Of a DNA stretch of 64,000 nucleotides, positions 1-11,767 are shown one piece after another; position 1 is the stretch's first letter; each line of letters starts with the position of its first letter. The notes under the pieces were generated by a model, which saw nothing but the letters and a program-made list of their open reading frames with translations, searched no databases and was not told the origin of the DNA. Source of the stretch: Carpediemonas membranifera BICM (Eukaryota; Protista; Fornicata); assembly GCA_019828565.1 (NCBI GenBank), contig JAHDYR010000064.1, forward strand, positions 789,162 through 853,161, in the 5' to 3' direction. Made by a program: the position numbers and the translations under genes.

Positions 1-336
1 GACCACATTGGCCTTCCAGTGCCACCTAGGCGTGGCGAGTTGATTGGATTTGATATGGTCAGGGTGATTCGGAATTTAGATCTCAGACAAATCAGGACTA
101 TTGCAGAGTAGAGAGAATGAGTGATCCGCAGGCAGATGCAGCCATTAACTTACATGGAACCGAAGTTGAAAGCGCCGGAAGAACCCGGTTCAGCCCCTCA
201 GGCTGTTAAGATGAACCGAAATAAACTTCTTACCCCCCCCCCCCCTTTGGATTAGGAACACATGAAATATGGCTTGCCAGTCAAGCAGACATCGCCATAA
301 ACTGCATTGCCGAAATTAGGGTCTCTGAATATAATA

Positions 337-409
337 CACCGTCAAAGGGACTCGAACCCTTGACCATCTGATTAAAAGTCAGACGCTCTACCAACTGAGC
401 TATGACGGT
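337..409 (-). tRNA. tRNA-Lys(UUU)
   Basis: Reverse complement is ACCGTCA-TAGCTCAGTTGGTAGAGC-G-TCTGA-CTTTTAA-TCAGA-TGGTC-AAGGGTTCGAGTCCCTT-TGACGGT-G: full cloverleaf, A and B boxes, anticodon TTT. Confidence 0.95.
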
Positions 410-564
410 TTCGCGAAGTGTATTTTGTTTAATCGTCAATAGTGCTGTCTAGTTCATAAAGCTCCGAAACGCCCCAAGTCCTACGCCTCTGGCCACGGAC
501 CTCTTAAGAAGCCCTGTCCCTGGGAGAACTCGATGTTCTGGGTCTCGAGGATGGTGTAGTAGCC

Positions 565-794
565 CTGAGCACGCTCTCGCTGCCGCCCATGATCAGGAAA
601 TGCAGCGATTGACCGACAACGGCACCATCAGCACCGTAAAACTGCACCAATGAGGGGATGCCCCGATGGCCGGCCCGCTCCTTGAGGGGGGCCAGGGCGC
701 ATGTGGAGTCGTCGAACACCCACTGCCGCAACGCGTTGTCCGCGTGGCAGGTGAGAAGGATGCTCTCGCCCTTGATCCATTTACTGTACTCTGA
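565..794 (-). pseudogene. Isolated WD40 fragment resembling WDR36/UTP21
   Basis: Frame reads KWIKGESILLTCHADNALRQWVFDDSTCALAPLKERAGHRGIPSLVQFYG, recalling the UTP21 motif GEP.L.TS..DN.L..W.FD....LLR.R.GH..P...I.FYG. An in-frame TAG lies just upstream and there is no start codon. Confidence 0.45.
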
Positions 795-820
795 CTAAAC
801 ATAGTAAACATCGTCGAGCC

Positions 821-2434
821 TCACCCCCGGGCCAGACCAACAAGAAGGTCAAACGCCTCGTGCCACCGCTCGATCGCCTTGTCCGGCTTGAGCTCGAGCT
901 CACCGTCCTCGTGCTGCACGATCAGCCCCTTGACCTTGGACCCGGACGTCTTGACCGACACCCCGCTGATCTTGGCCGTATCCAGGGTCTCCAGTTTTCC
1001 TCTGGACTTCTCACGACCCTCGCACCAGCAGACCTGCGACCCGTCGTCCGACAGCCACAGGTAGCGCCTCGTCTTCTTCTTGCCCACCTGGGACATGCCT
1101 CCTGCCTTAGCGAAGGCCAGCAACTCCATGTACTCCTCGAGCTTCGGGTTCTGCGGCCTGTGGACCTCGAGGAATGACAGCGGGGCCAGACCCACGTCGC
1201 CGATGTTGCTCTGGACCACAGCCCAGCCGCTCGTCCCGCCCTCGTCGAGCACGACAACCTCCTGGCCGGCGAACAAGGCCAGCTGAGACGGCCCTGTTGG
1301 CTGGAACGAATGGCGCACAGTCGCTACGAGTGGCTGCTCCTCGGGGGGAATATCTGGATACAGTGAATCTTGGTTGAGATCATCAACACTAAATCTCGAT
1401 TCCAAGATATGGTTCAATATTGTAAGGGGCGGGAGGAGGAGGTTGTCATTGAGCAGCAGCGCTTGCTCCTCCGGGCAGTCCACATATGAGGCGGGCACAA
1501 GGCCGATGACCTCCCCGCTGAGAGGTGCGTCGTCCTCCACAAGGTCCATTCTTATGCAGAGGGCCCAGCCCTCGTTGGACATGGCGAGGACGTGGAGCCG
1601 CTCCTGGGCGTCTACTGAGATCTCACTGCCGCACCTCGAGGTGAAGGCGAACTTGGCCACGCCTGGGGCGCCCACAGGCGGTGGCAAGTGCTCTCTCCTG
1701 GCGTCCCTAGTCTCGTCATAGCCCAGACCTTGGGCGGTGGGCTGGAGAGACATCCGGAGGAAGGCCAGGGTCGTCTTGTCCACAGGCTGGGCGGCCTTAG
1801 CGGCGGGCAGGGGCGGGGGTGCTGGTGGACGGGCCTGAGCGGAGGAGGCTGGCACCGCAGGCACCGGCGGGGGTGGGGTGCGCGGCCTCACAGGGGTGGT
1901 GGGGCCGTCGCCCTTGACGACGCGCATGATCCGCTCGAGTTGAGCGTTCCTATCAGCGAGGTGGGAGAGCTCCTGCTTCAGGGTGGTAATGGCTGAAATA
2001 GCGATGGACATGTCATGCTCGAGCTTGGAGACCGTGCCCAAGAGATGGGAGTTCCGCCCCTTCTCCGCAGCAAGCTCCTTGTGAAGCTCCGTGATTCTTC
2101 TGTCAACAGCAAGGACCCTGCCCGCCAGATTCTGCGGCTCGGCAGCTGGGGAGGTGGGGGAGACCACAGAGGTGCCCAGTAACGTACTATTAGTCCCATT
2201 AAACCCGGATTGGTCGTACGTTGACGCTCTCACACCCAGGCCGGTGTTGGACGCCGAGCGGCGCAAAGGGGGTGGCGCCGCGGTGTCGGCAGAGGGATAC
2301 TCGCGGGGCTGGAAAGCACCGGCCCGCCGGGATGGGGAGGGCGCCGTCTGATTCTCTTGGGGGGCTTGCTGGCGGCTGTGGGCAGGAGGGCGCTCGTCCA
2401 TGGACATGGCCGCTCCCTGGCCGTAGTTGTCCAT
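821..2434 (-). CDS. Coiled-coil, Pro-rich, 2x SH3, C-terminal PH-like adaptor protein
   Basis: SH3 motifs (AKFAF...EGWALC...GLVPASYV; VRHSFQPTGPSQLALFAGQEVVVL...GWAVV...GLAPLSFL) and a PH-like end (KKKTRRYLWLSDDG...ERWHEAF). Start is uncertain; the ORF is open to 2668. Confidence 0.8.
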   Translation of the reverse strand: MDNYGQGAAMSMDERPPAHSRQQAPQENQTAPSPSRRAGAFQPREYPSADTAAPPPLRRSASNTGLGVRASTYDQSGFNGTNSTLLGTSVVSPTSPAAEPQNLAGRVLAVDRRITELHKELAAEKGRNSHLLGTVSKLEHDMSIAISAITTLKQELSHLADRNAQLERIMRVVKGDGPTTPVRPRTPPPPVPAVPASSAQARPPAPPPLPAAKAAQPVDKTTLAFLRMSLQPTAQGLGYDETRDARREHLPPPVGAPGVAKFAFTSRCGSEISVDAQERLHVLAMSNEGWALCIRMDLVEDDAPLSGEVIGLVPASYVDCPEEQALLLNDNLLLPPLTILNHILESRFSVDDLNQDSLYPDIPPEEQPLVATVRHSFQPTGPSQLALFAGQEVVVLDEGGTSGWAVVQSNIGDVGLAPLSFLEVHRPQNPKLEEYMELLAFAKAGGMSQVGKKKTRRYLWLSDDGSQVCWCEGREKSRGKLETLDTAKISGVSVKTSGSKVKGLIVQHEDGELELKPDKAIERWHEAFDLLVGLARG

Positions 2435-2780
2435 GAACGCATTCAGGCGATTCAATGCAGCAAGCGATTGGTTCGGTCGCTCTGGTGTACCGCGGAATTC
2501 TTGCGGCGCATGGCTCTGCGCACTGTTGTTCACTGCAGGTGGATGCTCGGTGGCTTTGGCCAGGGCATTCGGCGTACGATAGTTGAATTTTAGTGATCGC
2601 GCGCCATCCTTGGAAATCCCAAGACTAGAAGTTACCGGGATGAAGCTCATCAGCTGCGATACGAGCAATTGTGCAGTTTATGTCACAAAATTTCTGCGGC
2701 CAAGCGGCTACACCAGATTCGTTTTGCACAGCTCAATGGCAGATACTTGATGTATACGCCATATATCGCCTCGCACGTAC

Positions 2781-3488
2781 TCACGCCGAGCTCTCCTTCT
2801 TGATATCAGCCAGCCTGGCCCTTGACCCCTTATCCGCAAGCCTGATGGGCTCAGGGATTCTATGCATGCAGCACTTCTTGACTATTTCCACCGAGTCCTC
2901 CAGGCTGACCATGTGCCCCGAGCTGACGAACAGGGGGTACTTGGACTGGCCTGACCGGAACATGGTGGCGATATGGGTCCCAGAGGTGGTGTGGACGGGC
3001 GCAGTGCCGTGCACTTGAGGGATTTCCTGGCGGACGTCAGGCTCGTGGATGTTTTCGGCGACGTAGGTTTTTTTGCCCACGCCAATGGTTGCAATTCCAA
3101 GCTGGACTCCAAGGTGCGTGGCAACACCGGCCTCGCGGGCGTGGTACTGACCATTACCGTCCACTAGGAAGAGGTCTGGGAGCTCAATGTTCTTCTCGGC
3201 GCACTGCGCGAAAAGTTGCTCGTAGACGTGGACCTCTCGGAAGGCGAGGAAGCCAGAAACGTACTCGGGAACATGCGCATCATCCATTTCAAGCATTTCA
3301 GTGTGCTCTTCCTTCATGTCTGGGAATGAAACGATGGAGAGAGCGGCGATACAGCGCTTCGTGTCGGGATCGAACGTTACGTCAAGACCTCCAATGCGCC
3401 GGACTTTGGAGATATCAATAGTAGTGTTATGAACAGCAGCAGCAGCTATCTGTGTCTGTAGAGCTATCCACTCGTCTGTTTGAGCCAT
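2781..3488 (-). CDS. ENDOV: Endonuclease V
   Basis: Motifs GGLDV, YVSGFLAFRE, LVDGNGQYH, GVATHLG, IGVGKK, PLFVSSGH, RIPEPIRLAD. Start taken at MAQTDEW. Confidence 0.92.
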   Translation of the reverse strand: MAQTDEWIALQTQIAAAAVHNTTIDISKVRRIGGLDVTFDPDTKRCIAALSIVSFPDMKEEHTEMLEMDDAHVPEYVSGFLAFREVHVYEQLFAQCAEKNIELPDLFLVDGNGQYHAREAGVATHLGVQLGIATIGVGKKTYVAENIHEPDVRQEIPQVHGTAPVHTTSGTHIATMFRSGQSKYPLFVSSGHMVSLEDSVEIVKKCCMHRIPEPIRLADKGSRARLADIKKESSA

Positions 3489-3979
3489 TCTGCCTCGACA
3501 AAATGATCGAATCAATGCCCAGAGGGCCGTGCCGCTGAGCTGGACCAGCCTTGCTACTATGCCCGTGTGATCAGGTAATGGGAATGCGATGCTTCCTGCC
3601 CGCCTGGGTTGAGATGCATTTGATGAGAGATCATCATCATTCAACCTCCTGCCACTGGTGATAGACCACCCTCCATACTGGGCTACCCGACTGCGGTTGA
3701 AGCCCAGCTGGACCCTTCAATAGGTGCGGTCTAGTGTCACGTGTCAGCTTTTGACCGAATAAGACCATGTCATGGATCTAAAAAGATTTAGTCAGGTCAA
3801 TCCTCGCGACTGCGCAGCCACATAAGTGATTGGCAGCTACCAGACGTTCGATTGAGGCAGGCCACTGAGTTTGACCGGTTGGGGATCCGAATATCGACCC
3901 CGATTTGACGGAAGACGGTCGATCAGCTTTTTTTGGCAAGAAAAAATGTGAAACGACCAAGAAGCCCGATAGAACGTAT

Positions 3980-4828
3980 ATGAGCGCTCCGATGACGCCA
4001 CAAGCACCTTCAACAGGTGCAATGCACAGTCGGTCTGCATCTCATACCCTTTCTCCTGGTGGAATGCACCGTCGTTCCGCCTCCCACACACCCGTTTCGC
4101 GTGGCAACTATGAATCGAGCGGAATGGCTCGTCTTGAACGTGTGACAAGAGAATTCAGCCACTCTCCATCTGCAAAATACGCCTACAAGCAAACTTCTCA
4201 GCGATTTGAGAAGAACGCGGCCTTCTCTCCCGGCCCAGGCGCCTACAACGTCGACCAGGTCATCACCATCACCAAGTCAGGCAAGACCGTCCGCGCCCCC
4301 TTCGCGTCCCCCCGCCCGGCCTCCAAGCCCACTGGCATGGACATCCCCGGCCCCGGCAGTTATTCACCCGAGCATAACCCGACACTGACACCCGCTCACG
4401 GCGCCTACAAGGTCACGTCCGGCCGCTTCAAGAGCGATGCTACCGAATCTCCCGGCCCTGGTGCGTACCACAGTGATAACTACTGGACGAAGTCGAAGAG
4501 ACCTTCAAGCGCTCGCACATCGAGCATGGGGTCTCAGGCCCGTCGCTCCCCGTGGCTTCAGGGCCCCTCTACTCCTGGCCCTGGTCAGTACAGCGTGTAT
4601 ACACCCACCTCTGGCCCCTCGTCTCGCGCTTCCACTCCCGGCGGCGCGAGCTTCAACACTACATCCCGCAGGTTCGATAACTACAACGAGGAGGTTCCGG
4701 GCCCCGGCGCTTATCACAGGGACAGAGTCTACCGCCGCGAGAAGAAGCCGTTCATGATCTCATCTTCTTCTCGCTCCACTGGTGGCCCCAAGAGCGAAAG
4801 CCCCGGCCCTGGCGCTTATTTCGTGTAA
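3980..4828 (+). CDS. SHIPPO/STPG (ODF3-like) repeat axonemal protein
   Basis: Six (S/T/I/V)PGPG(A/S/Q)Y repeats, most preceded by S.RF-type motifs. Confidence 0.85.
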   Translation: MSAPMTPQAPSTGAMHSRSASHTLSPGGMHRRSASHTPVSRGNYESSGMARLERVTREFSHSPSAKYAYKQTSQRFEKNAAFSPGPGAYNVDQVITITKSGKTVRAPFASPRPASKPTGMDIPGPGSYSPEHNPTLTPAHGAYKVTSGRFKSDATESPGPGAYHSDNYWTKSKRPSSARTSSMGSQARRSPWLQGPSTPGPGQYSVYTPTSGPSSRASTPGGASFNTTSRRFDNYNEEVPGPGAYHRDRVYRREKKPFMISSSSRSTGGPKSESPGPGAYFV

Positions 4829-5105
4829 GCCGCCCTTTTTGATTGTACTAAAGTGAATTTGATAGTTTTCTTCTTGTGAATACGATGTTGGATGATCTCG
4901 GGTGGTGTTGACCAGTTGACCAGTTTCCTTTTTCCGTCTCGGTCACACGGATCGGTGTCCTGGAACAGGGGAAACGAGGGCATTCATCCTGGCTGGCTCC
5001 ACTACTCCATCCATGTCACCTTTTGAGTCGACCACGTCTGTACTCTTTGCTTGAGTCGAGTTGAGTTGGCCCAACAACGCACCAAGACACATATCGACTT
5101 CAACC

Positions 5106-6518
5106 ATGGCATCAATGAATTGCACGGCAGATCTAGAAGAGATTAGCTGTGCTAGTGATGCTAATGCTTTTGAAAAGGAGACAGTGCGGCTTCAAACGCT
5201 CGAACTGCCCGACCTCACTGGACCTGCCACAGCAAGCATATTAGGGCCCGCAAACGCCCTGCACACGGCAACAATGAACATGTGCGAGTGCATTCGATCC
5301 TTCCAGCGCGCTGCAGACGCCTCCACGTCCATACTGGAGGATCGTCATTTCGTCGAGGCAACCAAAGTCACCGCACGCTCGCCAAGACTGCAGCGAAACA
5401 GGACCGCAGAGGAGCTTATCGCGGAGGTGAAGGTCATGAACGAAGAAAAGAAGAAGCGTGACCGCGAACACAAAAACCTTGAGGCCGTCCTGGCACTGAG
5501 GCTTCCAATCCTTCTTGGAGACAGGCCAGTCAGCGTATTCGGTTACAAACGCCTGCAGAGCTCAGCCACAGATCTGAAACATGCCATCGAGGCTTACATT
5601 ACAGCCTTTGACGGCGTCTTCGGCACTGCCGGCCTCACCCGCCTGCAGGAGGAGGAGCGAGCGGCGGCCAGGAACTACATGGCTAAGAAGGTGGTCCGGC
5701 CCGGTGTGTGCACGCTCTACGCCCTCCACCGGTACGTCTGGGGAGTGTACTCATCCCTTCTCTGGTGCCGCCTCTTCCTGTTCCCACTTGGTGCCTTCCC
5801 CCTCTCAGAGGCTGCCACGAAGACTGGGCTGAAGCATAAGCCGCCCAAGACCAGCGGTGTCTTCCTGCCCGACGAGCCTGCATCTCAATCAAATGATGCA
5901 ACCAAGCTCGACGGGACGTTCACCCTTCGCATGGCACCCCAGGAGCAGCAGAAGGGCCCCAGCTCGGTCGACATGTCCTCCCAGCTCGCCGTGGTTGTGA
6001 TGAACTCAAAGACTCAGGGGTCGAGGGGGGCCCAGCCGTTGCCGCCCACCAACACGAACTGCACCGTCAGTCTTTGGGCGGACTCTGCCCGGGAGGCCCT
6101 CAAGGCGTGGGACTCCCTCCTTGCTGTGACTTCGAGGCACATGGGTGATATAACTCGGTTTAAGTCACTATGGGCAGAACAACAACCCGCCAGGAAGCCC
6201 AGGTTCGCTGCGGCAAAGAAGGAGAGGAAGGTTGAGGATAGGAAGGGTCCTATCAGGACGTTGTCGAGCTCCTCAGTAACTGCATCCGACTCGGTTCCAA
6301 AGTCGGCCGGAGTCGCCGCCGAAGAAGAGGCAAAGCGCCAGGCCGAAGCGGAGTACGTAATCGCCCGACAGACAGACACACAGGAAGCCTTCCAGCTAGC
6401 CCAGTTGCTACGTAACAAGGTGCCTGTGTTCAAGCCCGGCCGGACAATGGATGATGTTGATGAAACGAGGGTGGAGCAGGTCATCGGGGTGACGATGGCC
6501 GAACTCGGATGGAGGTGA
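5106..6518 (+). CDS. Hypothetical protein (about 470 aa)
   Basis: Long ORF with coding-like codon use; no motif recognised. Confidence 0.65.
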   Translation: MASMNCTADLEEISCASDANAFEKETVRLQTLELPDLTGPATASILGPANALHTATMNMCECIRSFQRAADASTSILEDRHFVEATKVTARSPRLQRNRTAEELIAEVKVMNEEKKKRDREHKNLEAVLALRLPILLGDRPVSVFGYKRLQSSATDLKHAIEAYITAFDGVFGTAGLTRLQEEERAAARNYMAKKVVRPGVCTLYALHRYVWGVYSSLLWCRLFLFPLGAFPLSEAATKTGLKHKPPKTSGVFLPDEPASQSNDATKLDGTFTLRMAPQEQQKGPSSVDMSSQLAVVVMNSKTQGSRGAQPLPPTNTNCTVSLWADSAREALKAWDSLLAVTSRHMGDITRFKSLWAEQQPARKPRFAAAKKERKVEDRKGPIRTLSSSSVTASDSVPKSAGVAAEEEAKRQAEAEYVIARQTDTQEAFQLAQLLRNKVPVFKPGRTMDDVDETRVEQVIGVTMAELGWR

Positions 6519-6874
6519 GGCAGCGGGTGCATGATCTGTGGTCGTAAAATTGCAGAAGGTCGACTTTTTAGTGAGCTAATCACTTGCATTTATGCGATTC
6601 ACGACGGGAGCAGTTTTATGAGATCAGACCTATTGAAGGCTCGGATAATGAGTCTAATACTATGAGTAATACTGCGCAACACTGCCCTGTGTCCCTGCTG
6701 CTCACGTCTTAAGTTGGCAGGGAGGTCGTCTTGAACACCGCAAATTATTGATCTGTGGTGTATTTCCCACACCACGTGCTCGTTGGTGGCCGGCTTGGCA
6801 TTGATCGGCTGGATTTACGAGAGAAGCTGGTAAATCTTCAGTTTTCCTCGATCGTCAGAAGATCCTGTTCCCGA

Positions 6875-8698
6875 ATGAAGAATCGAGGCCACGGAAGCGC
6901 TAAGCGCTCTTTCTGTAGAGCTTTAGTATGCCTCGCATTCATTATGATTATTGCTTCCATTAGTGCGCTGGCACGGCCGGCATCGGCCAGCAATCAGCAA
7001 CTGTCTTTCGGACAAGAGAGCAGCTCTCTTGACCTTACCGCAGGCTCCAAGACATACGCCTGCGAGGACGTCCACACCTTCTCCGGGGACCAATGTGCCT
7101 TTGTGAAGCACTATTGCGCCGCGGATTCCGGTCTCATCAACCACCTCGCCGCCTACTACTGCGTGCAGCCCATCCTCAGGATAGCAGTCATTGTGCTCAT
7201 GTCCCTGTTCCTCGTCTTCATCTTCATCGTCCTGGGCTCCACGGCGGACAAGTGGTTCTGTCCCTGCCTTGAAGCCATCTCTGACCTGCTCCGCCTCCCA
7301 CCAGAGGTCGCGGGGGTCACGTTCTTGTCGTTCGGCAACTGTGCCCCCGATATCTTCTCAATTCTGGCATCTATCGGGTCAGCCTCGTCCATTGCATTTG
7401 GTGAGATCATGGGCTCGGGCTGCTTCGTCGGACTTGCCGTGCTCGGTGTAGTGACCATCGCCACGAAGCCCAAGCTCCAAGCAGGGCCATTCCTCCGAGA
7501 TGCAGGTATCTACGCCGTCTGTATGACGCTCTTCGGTGCGATTCTTATCTACGGCACCGTCCATTGGTGGATGGGCTTCGCGATGATCGCCCTTTACTTC
7601 ATTTACATACTTATCGTAATATTTGGCACCGTTCTCCGCTGGATCAAGGCCAGAGGCAGGCCCGACGCCCCTAAGCGCCACAAGGAGCTCATGCAGGGTG
7701 CCAACGACCTCCCCCTCGACGTCGGCGAGGACCTTGTCGTCAGGTACCAACACGGCATGCTAGAGCCTCTCCTGCTCGAGGACATGGAGGCGTTTGACCA
7801 GCAGGTGCTGGATCAGTACGAGGAGGCGCAGAAGTTGCCCCCCCACCACAAGCTCAACAGAAGAGGGAACTTGGCGTCGCGGTGGTGGCACTACTGCAAG
7901 GCCAGCGTCGCCTTCCCGCGCCAAGGACTTTTCGGCAAGATCGTCTACGTCATCGAGCTCCCACTCACCGTTGTCCGCCACGCCACCATCCTCCCCGGCG
8001 ACCTCGAGATGTACCACCCCGTGTTCGTCGGCCTCGCCCCCGTCGCCATCCCCGCCTTCATCGCCTGGTCCCAGGGCTGGTGGGGCGTCGGCCTCCACCT
8101 CTGGTCCGTCCTCATTCCATTCCCACTTCCTGTAGTGCTGCTGTGCGTCCCCCTCGCCGTCGCTGCGTTCCTAGTGTCGGCGAGGGTCAAGCCCGGTGAG
8201 ATTGCACTCGGGATCATGGCGTTTGGCGGATTTGCCATGGCTGTTCTCTGGCTCCAGACTATTGCTAATGAGCTTGTCGCGCTGCTCAAGGCATTCGGGA
8301 CCATTCTCATGATCCCCGACTCTGTTCTCGGTCTCACCGTTCTTGCGTGGGGTAACAGTGTGGGCGATCTTGTCAGCGATCTTTCAGTTGCCCGAAACGG
8401 AAGTCCGGAGATGGCCTTTGGTGCTATCTTTGGCGCGCCAGTCATGAATCTTCTGATTGGCATCGGCATCTCCTTTATCAGCCAGACAGTGCTAACAGGC
8501 GAGAACCTACACATCGTCATTGATCTACATGGATACATTGCGATGGTATTCCTCCTATTTACTCTCTGGAGCCATCTCATCGTCATATCAATCCATAAGT
8601 TCCGGTCACCGCGGTACTGGGGCGTCGTGTCCCTCTTGGTCTACGTGTTGTTCATGTTGTGTCAGCTGGGGGCACAGGTCATTCAGACGTACTTCTAG
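6875..8698 (+). CDS. Cation/Ca2+ exchanger, CCX/NCLX subfamily
   Basis: Alpha-1 repeat GVTFLSFGNCAPD, alpha-2 repeat GLTVLAWGNSVGD, Cys-rich N-terminus (C..V......DQCAFVK..C), multiple TM helices. Confidence 0.92.
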   Translation: MKNRGHGSAKRSFCRALVCLAFIMIIASISALARPASASNQQLSFGQESSSLDLTAGSKTYACEDVHTFSGDQCAFVKHYCAADSGLINHLAAYYCVQPILRIAVIVLMSLFLVFIFIVLGSTADKWFCPCLEAISDLLRLPPEVAGVTFLSFGNCAPDIFSILASIGSASSIAFGEIMGSGCFVGLAVLGVVTIATKPKLQAGPFLRDAGIYAVCMTLFGAILIYGTVHWWMGFAMIALYFIYILIVIFGTVLRWIKARGRPDAPKRHKELMQGANDLPLDVGEDLVVRYQHGMLEPLLLEDMEAFDQQVLDQYEEAQKLPPHHKLNRRGNLASRWWHYCKASVAFPRQGLFGKIVYVIELPLTVVRHATILPGDLEMYHPVFVGLAPVAIPAFIAWSQGWWGVGLHLWSVLIPFPLPVVLLCVPLAVAAFLVSARVKPGEIALGIMAFGGFAMAVLWLQTIANELVALLKAFGTILMIPDSVLGLTVLAWGNSVGDLVSDLSVARNGSPEMAFGAIFGAPVMNLLIGIGISFISQTVLTGENLHIVIDLHGYIAMVFLLFTLWSHLIVISIHKFRSPRYWGVVSLLVYVLFMLCQLGAQVIQTYF

Positions 8699-9115
8699 TG
8701 TTGAGTATAGCTGTATATAAACTCGGTTGAGGAGTGATATTGGGTCGAGCGTGCACATTACACAAGCTCTGCGCTCGAATGTTGTTACCATACCTTGCAA
8801 CTCCCGATGGCCGTCCGACAAGCCCGTCGCAGGATGATAGGGAACTTCGCGGTTGTACTTGCCGAAGGAACAGAGCCGTCAACCAGCGAGCGGGCCGCCC
8901 CTGCCATCAGGGTTAACATCAAACTGAAGCGACCCACTCCCCGGAAACAAGCTTGTCTCACAGACAGCATAGTATCCAACCCACACCATGGATGGCGTAG
9001 CCCATGTTGATCGTTGGTGGCGAATAGTCACATGGACTACCATTATAAACTGCCGGGTTGGGTCGCCCCATCTCTCTGGCAGGATCAGAATAATAAAGCC
9101 GAGTTTACTGGCCGA

Positions 9116-11144
9116 TTAGAAGAACTCCTCGCGGATGACACGCTTGCTCTCCATGAGGATCTTGCGCGTGTTCTCCAGCTCCACGCGCTTGCCCCTCAGC
9201 TCGCGGTCCTCCTTGATGATCGTCATGATCTTCTTGTCAGCGATGAACTTGTCAGCGCCCTCGGAGTTGATCTGCCCGAGGTCGTCCGTGAAAGTCTGCC
9301 AGCAGTGCAGAATAAAGTGGTATGCGATCTTCATAGGAATCGCGTCCATTAGGCGGTCGCCGCAATGGGAGATGTAGACCTGGACGTTGTCGTAGAGACG
9401 TTCGTCGTCGTTAAGCTCGAGGTTGGCGTTGGTGTTCTTGAGACCCTCCATGAAAGCGGCCATCTTGGCCTTGTCAAAGTACCTCTCGCCCGTCTGGAAG
9501 TTCTCGCTGAAGATGTCGGCCTCGGGAAGGCGGTCAGCCATGCGCTGGGCGAGGGCCTTATCGTAGTTCTCGTTGCAGGCGTAGATGACGGACTGCTCCA
9601 TGCGGATGAGGTTAGATACCGACGTTCTAACGGAGTCGGCGGTCTCCTCGATGAAGGAAGACAGCATCTCCTCGACAACTTGGCGGGCGTGCGGATAGGC
9701 GTTGCACTTGCTCTTGATCGCGTCGATAGTCGTGTCGAGCACAACCTTTGAAGCAGTCTCGATGGCGGTGTCGATGGCGTCGCGGATGGAGTCAAGATAG
9801 TAACGGACGAAGGGCATAGCGGCCTGGTGGCTGAGGTAGTTGCCCACCCCGGCGCCCATGCCGGCTGTCGCGAGGCGTGCTTCTTGGATCTTCTCCTTGA
9901 ACTCCTCGTCTTCAAGGTCCATCGTGAAGTCAACAGAGTTAGCATGAATGATCTTGGAGAGATCCGCCATCGCATTGAAGAAGTCGCGGCAGCGGTAATT
10001 TCCGTCAAGCTTCACCGCGTTCTGCTGCTGAAGGACGGCGCGGATCTCAGCGACAGAGTCGTTGAGGATCTTCATCAGGACGAAGCGGCGGCCCTGTGCA
10101 TCCTCAGGGGGACGTTCGAGAAGCGGGGGTCCTGCAGCTCAGAAGCGACCTGCTCGAGCTGGTTGGCGATCTCCTTCTTCAGGTCGGGGAGCTTTTCACT
10201 GACGCGGTCAGAAAGGATCTCAGTCAGCTTCATCGCGAGGGCGTCGCGGCCGAACATCGTGGGCTTGAGCCTGGAAAACTCGGGCTTCGTGAAGAAGGCG
10301 TTCTCGACCTCAAAAGCCTTCTCGTAGGACATGTTGTTCTTCAGGTCCTGGGAGCTTCTGTTGCGGACGGCGATGTAGCCGAGAGAGAGGTTCACCAAGG
10401 CTTCGCCGGTGCAGGGCTCGACGATCATCTTCTCGCGATCGGCGGCGTTGACCTGGTCCACCTTGGTGAGGACACCGATGGTGCGGCAGCCACTGCGGTC
10501 GACCTCGCGTGCCATCTTGATGGACTCCGCAGTTGGGAGGTCGGAAGTGGCGGGGCAGACGGCGAGGATGATCGTCTCCTCCTTGCTGATGTAGCGCTTG
10601 ATCATGTTCTTGACGAGCTCCTCGATATCATCATCCTGACCCTCTGTGGCGACGCGGACGATGCCGGGCAGGTCGACCAATGTGAGGTCGGGCACCTTGT
10701 TGGACTCGATGAGGAGGGTGATCTCCTTGTCGATGACGTTCTTACCGTGGCCGGCGATGGCGTTCTGGGCCTCGCGGACGAACTGGTCGACCTCATGCTC
10801 CTTGCATTGCTTCTTAACGCTGTTGCCCTGGGCGTCCTCGTAGGCGATGGTCACCTGAGCCACATCGTCCTCGCTGGTCCGAAGCTGAAGGACGATGGGG
10901 CATCTGGTGCAGATACCTTCACCGCGAGGAAGGGAGATGCAGGCGAGACTCTCCTGTGTAACCTAGGGAGTGCGAGACGAACGAGAATGCTAGACTTACC
11001 AGTCGACTGGTCTCCAACCACAGCGATCTGTGGCAGACCGATGCCGATTTGACCGAGGCCCACTTCACGAAGGCGATCGATGAGATCGAGCTTCGGCTTG
11101 ATATCCTCAGCAAAACGATCGATCAAAGCACCAGACTTGGACAT
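9116..11144 (-). pseudogene. Mx-like dynamin, duplicate copy with a 1-bp frameshift (possibly an assembly error)
   Basis: Matches 15475-17504 except G5 instead of G6 at about 10107-10111. Confidence 0.8.
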
Positions 11145-11767
11145 GTACCTCTTTCCAGTTTCTCTGCAATTGGGTAACGCGTTGCACGACTGTGGCACTC
11201 GGTGACGCGTTGTGTCCCAGCTGGATCAATTTGGCAGCAGCAATCGCGATTTCTCGCTCCTCTTGACTTGTTCTGGTGAATTTTCGCCGTTTTATGCTCA
11301 TCAGGCGTTAGCTGTCCATTTCGGCCGAGATTGCATTCAATGTCATCGCGCAGGATAGCCAGTCGGTTGAGGGCTCGGCCGGTTGGGACCAGCACAGCTA
11401 GGGCAATAAATGTGTCAATCGTCCTGTCGCCAGAGCGCGCGCTCCATTGCGACATGCATCAAGCCATTGCCACACCCTCGAACGCCGGTAACTGACTGCC
11501 CCGAGTCCACACAGTTCATCTTCATCGTATCTGCAGCCGATATTCTGTCGCCACGCGCGCACAGTCGGAATCGAGGATCGTCGGCAGGCCTGACCCCGAG
11601 CGCGTCCCCAGTCTGACAACGCCCCCCGCAGAGCCCCAGGGGCTCGGGCGGGTCGAGACTGAATTGATGACACGCAGGCGGTTTTGAGATTGAGATGGAT
11701 CAGGCGATCATGCTCAAATCTCAGGTGGTGAGACGGTGCATCTTAAGCTCACAATACTGAAACGGAC

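Noticed and set aside
4225-4825. Repeated CCCGGCCC…GCCTAC units as a CRISPR or DNA repeat array
   Set aside because: They encode PGPGAY protein repeats with synonymous variation and irregular spacing.
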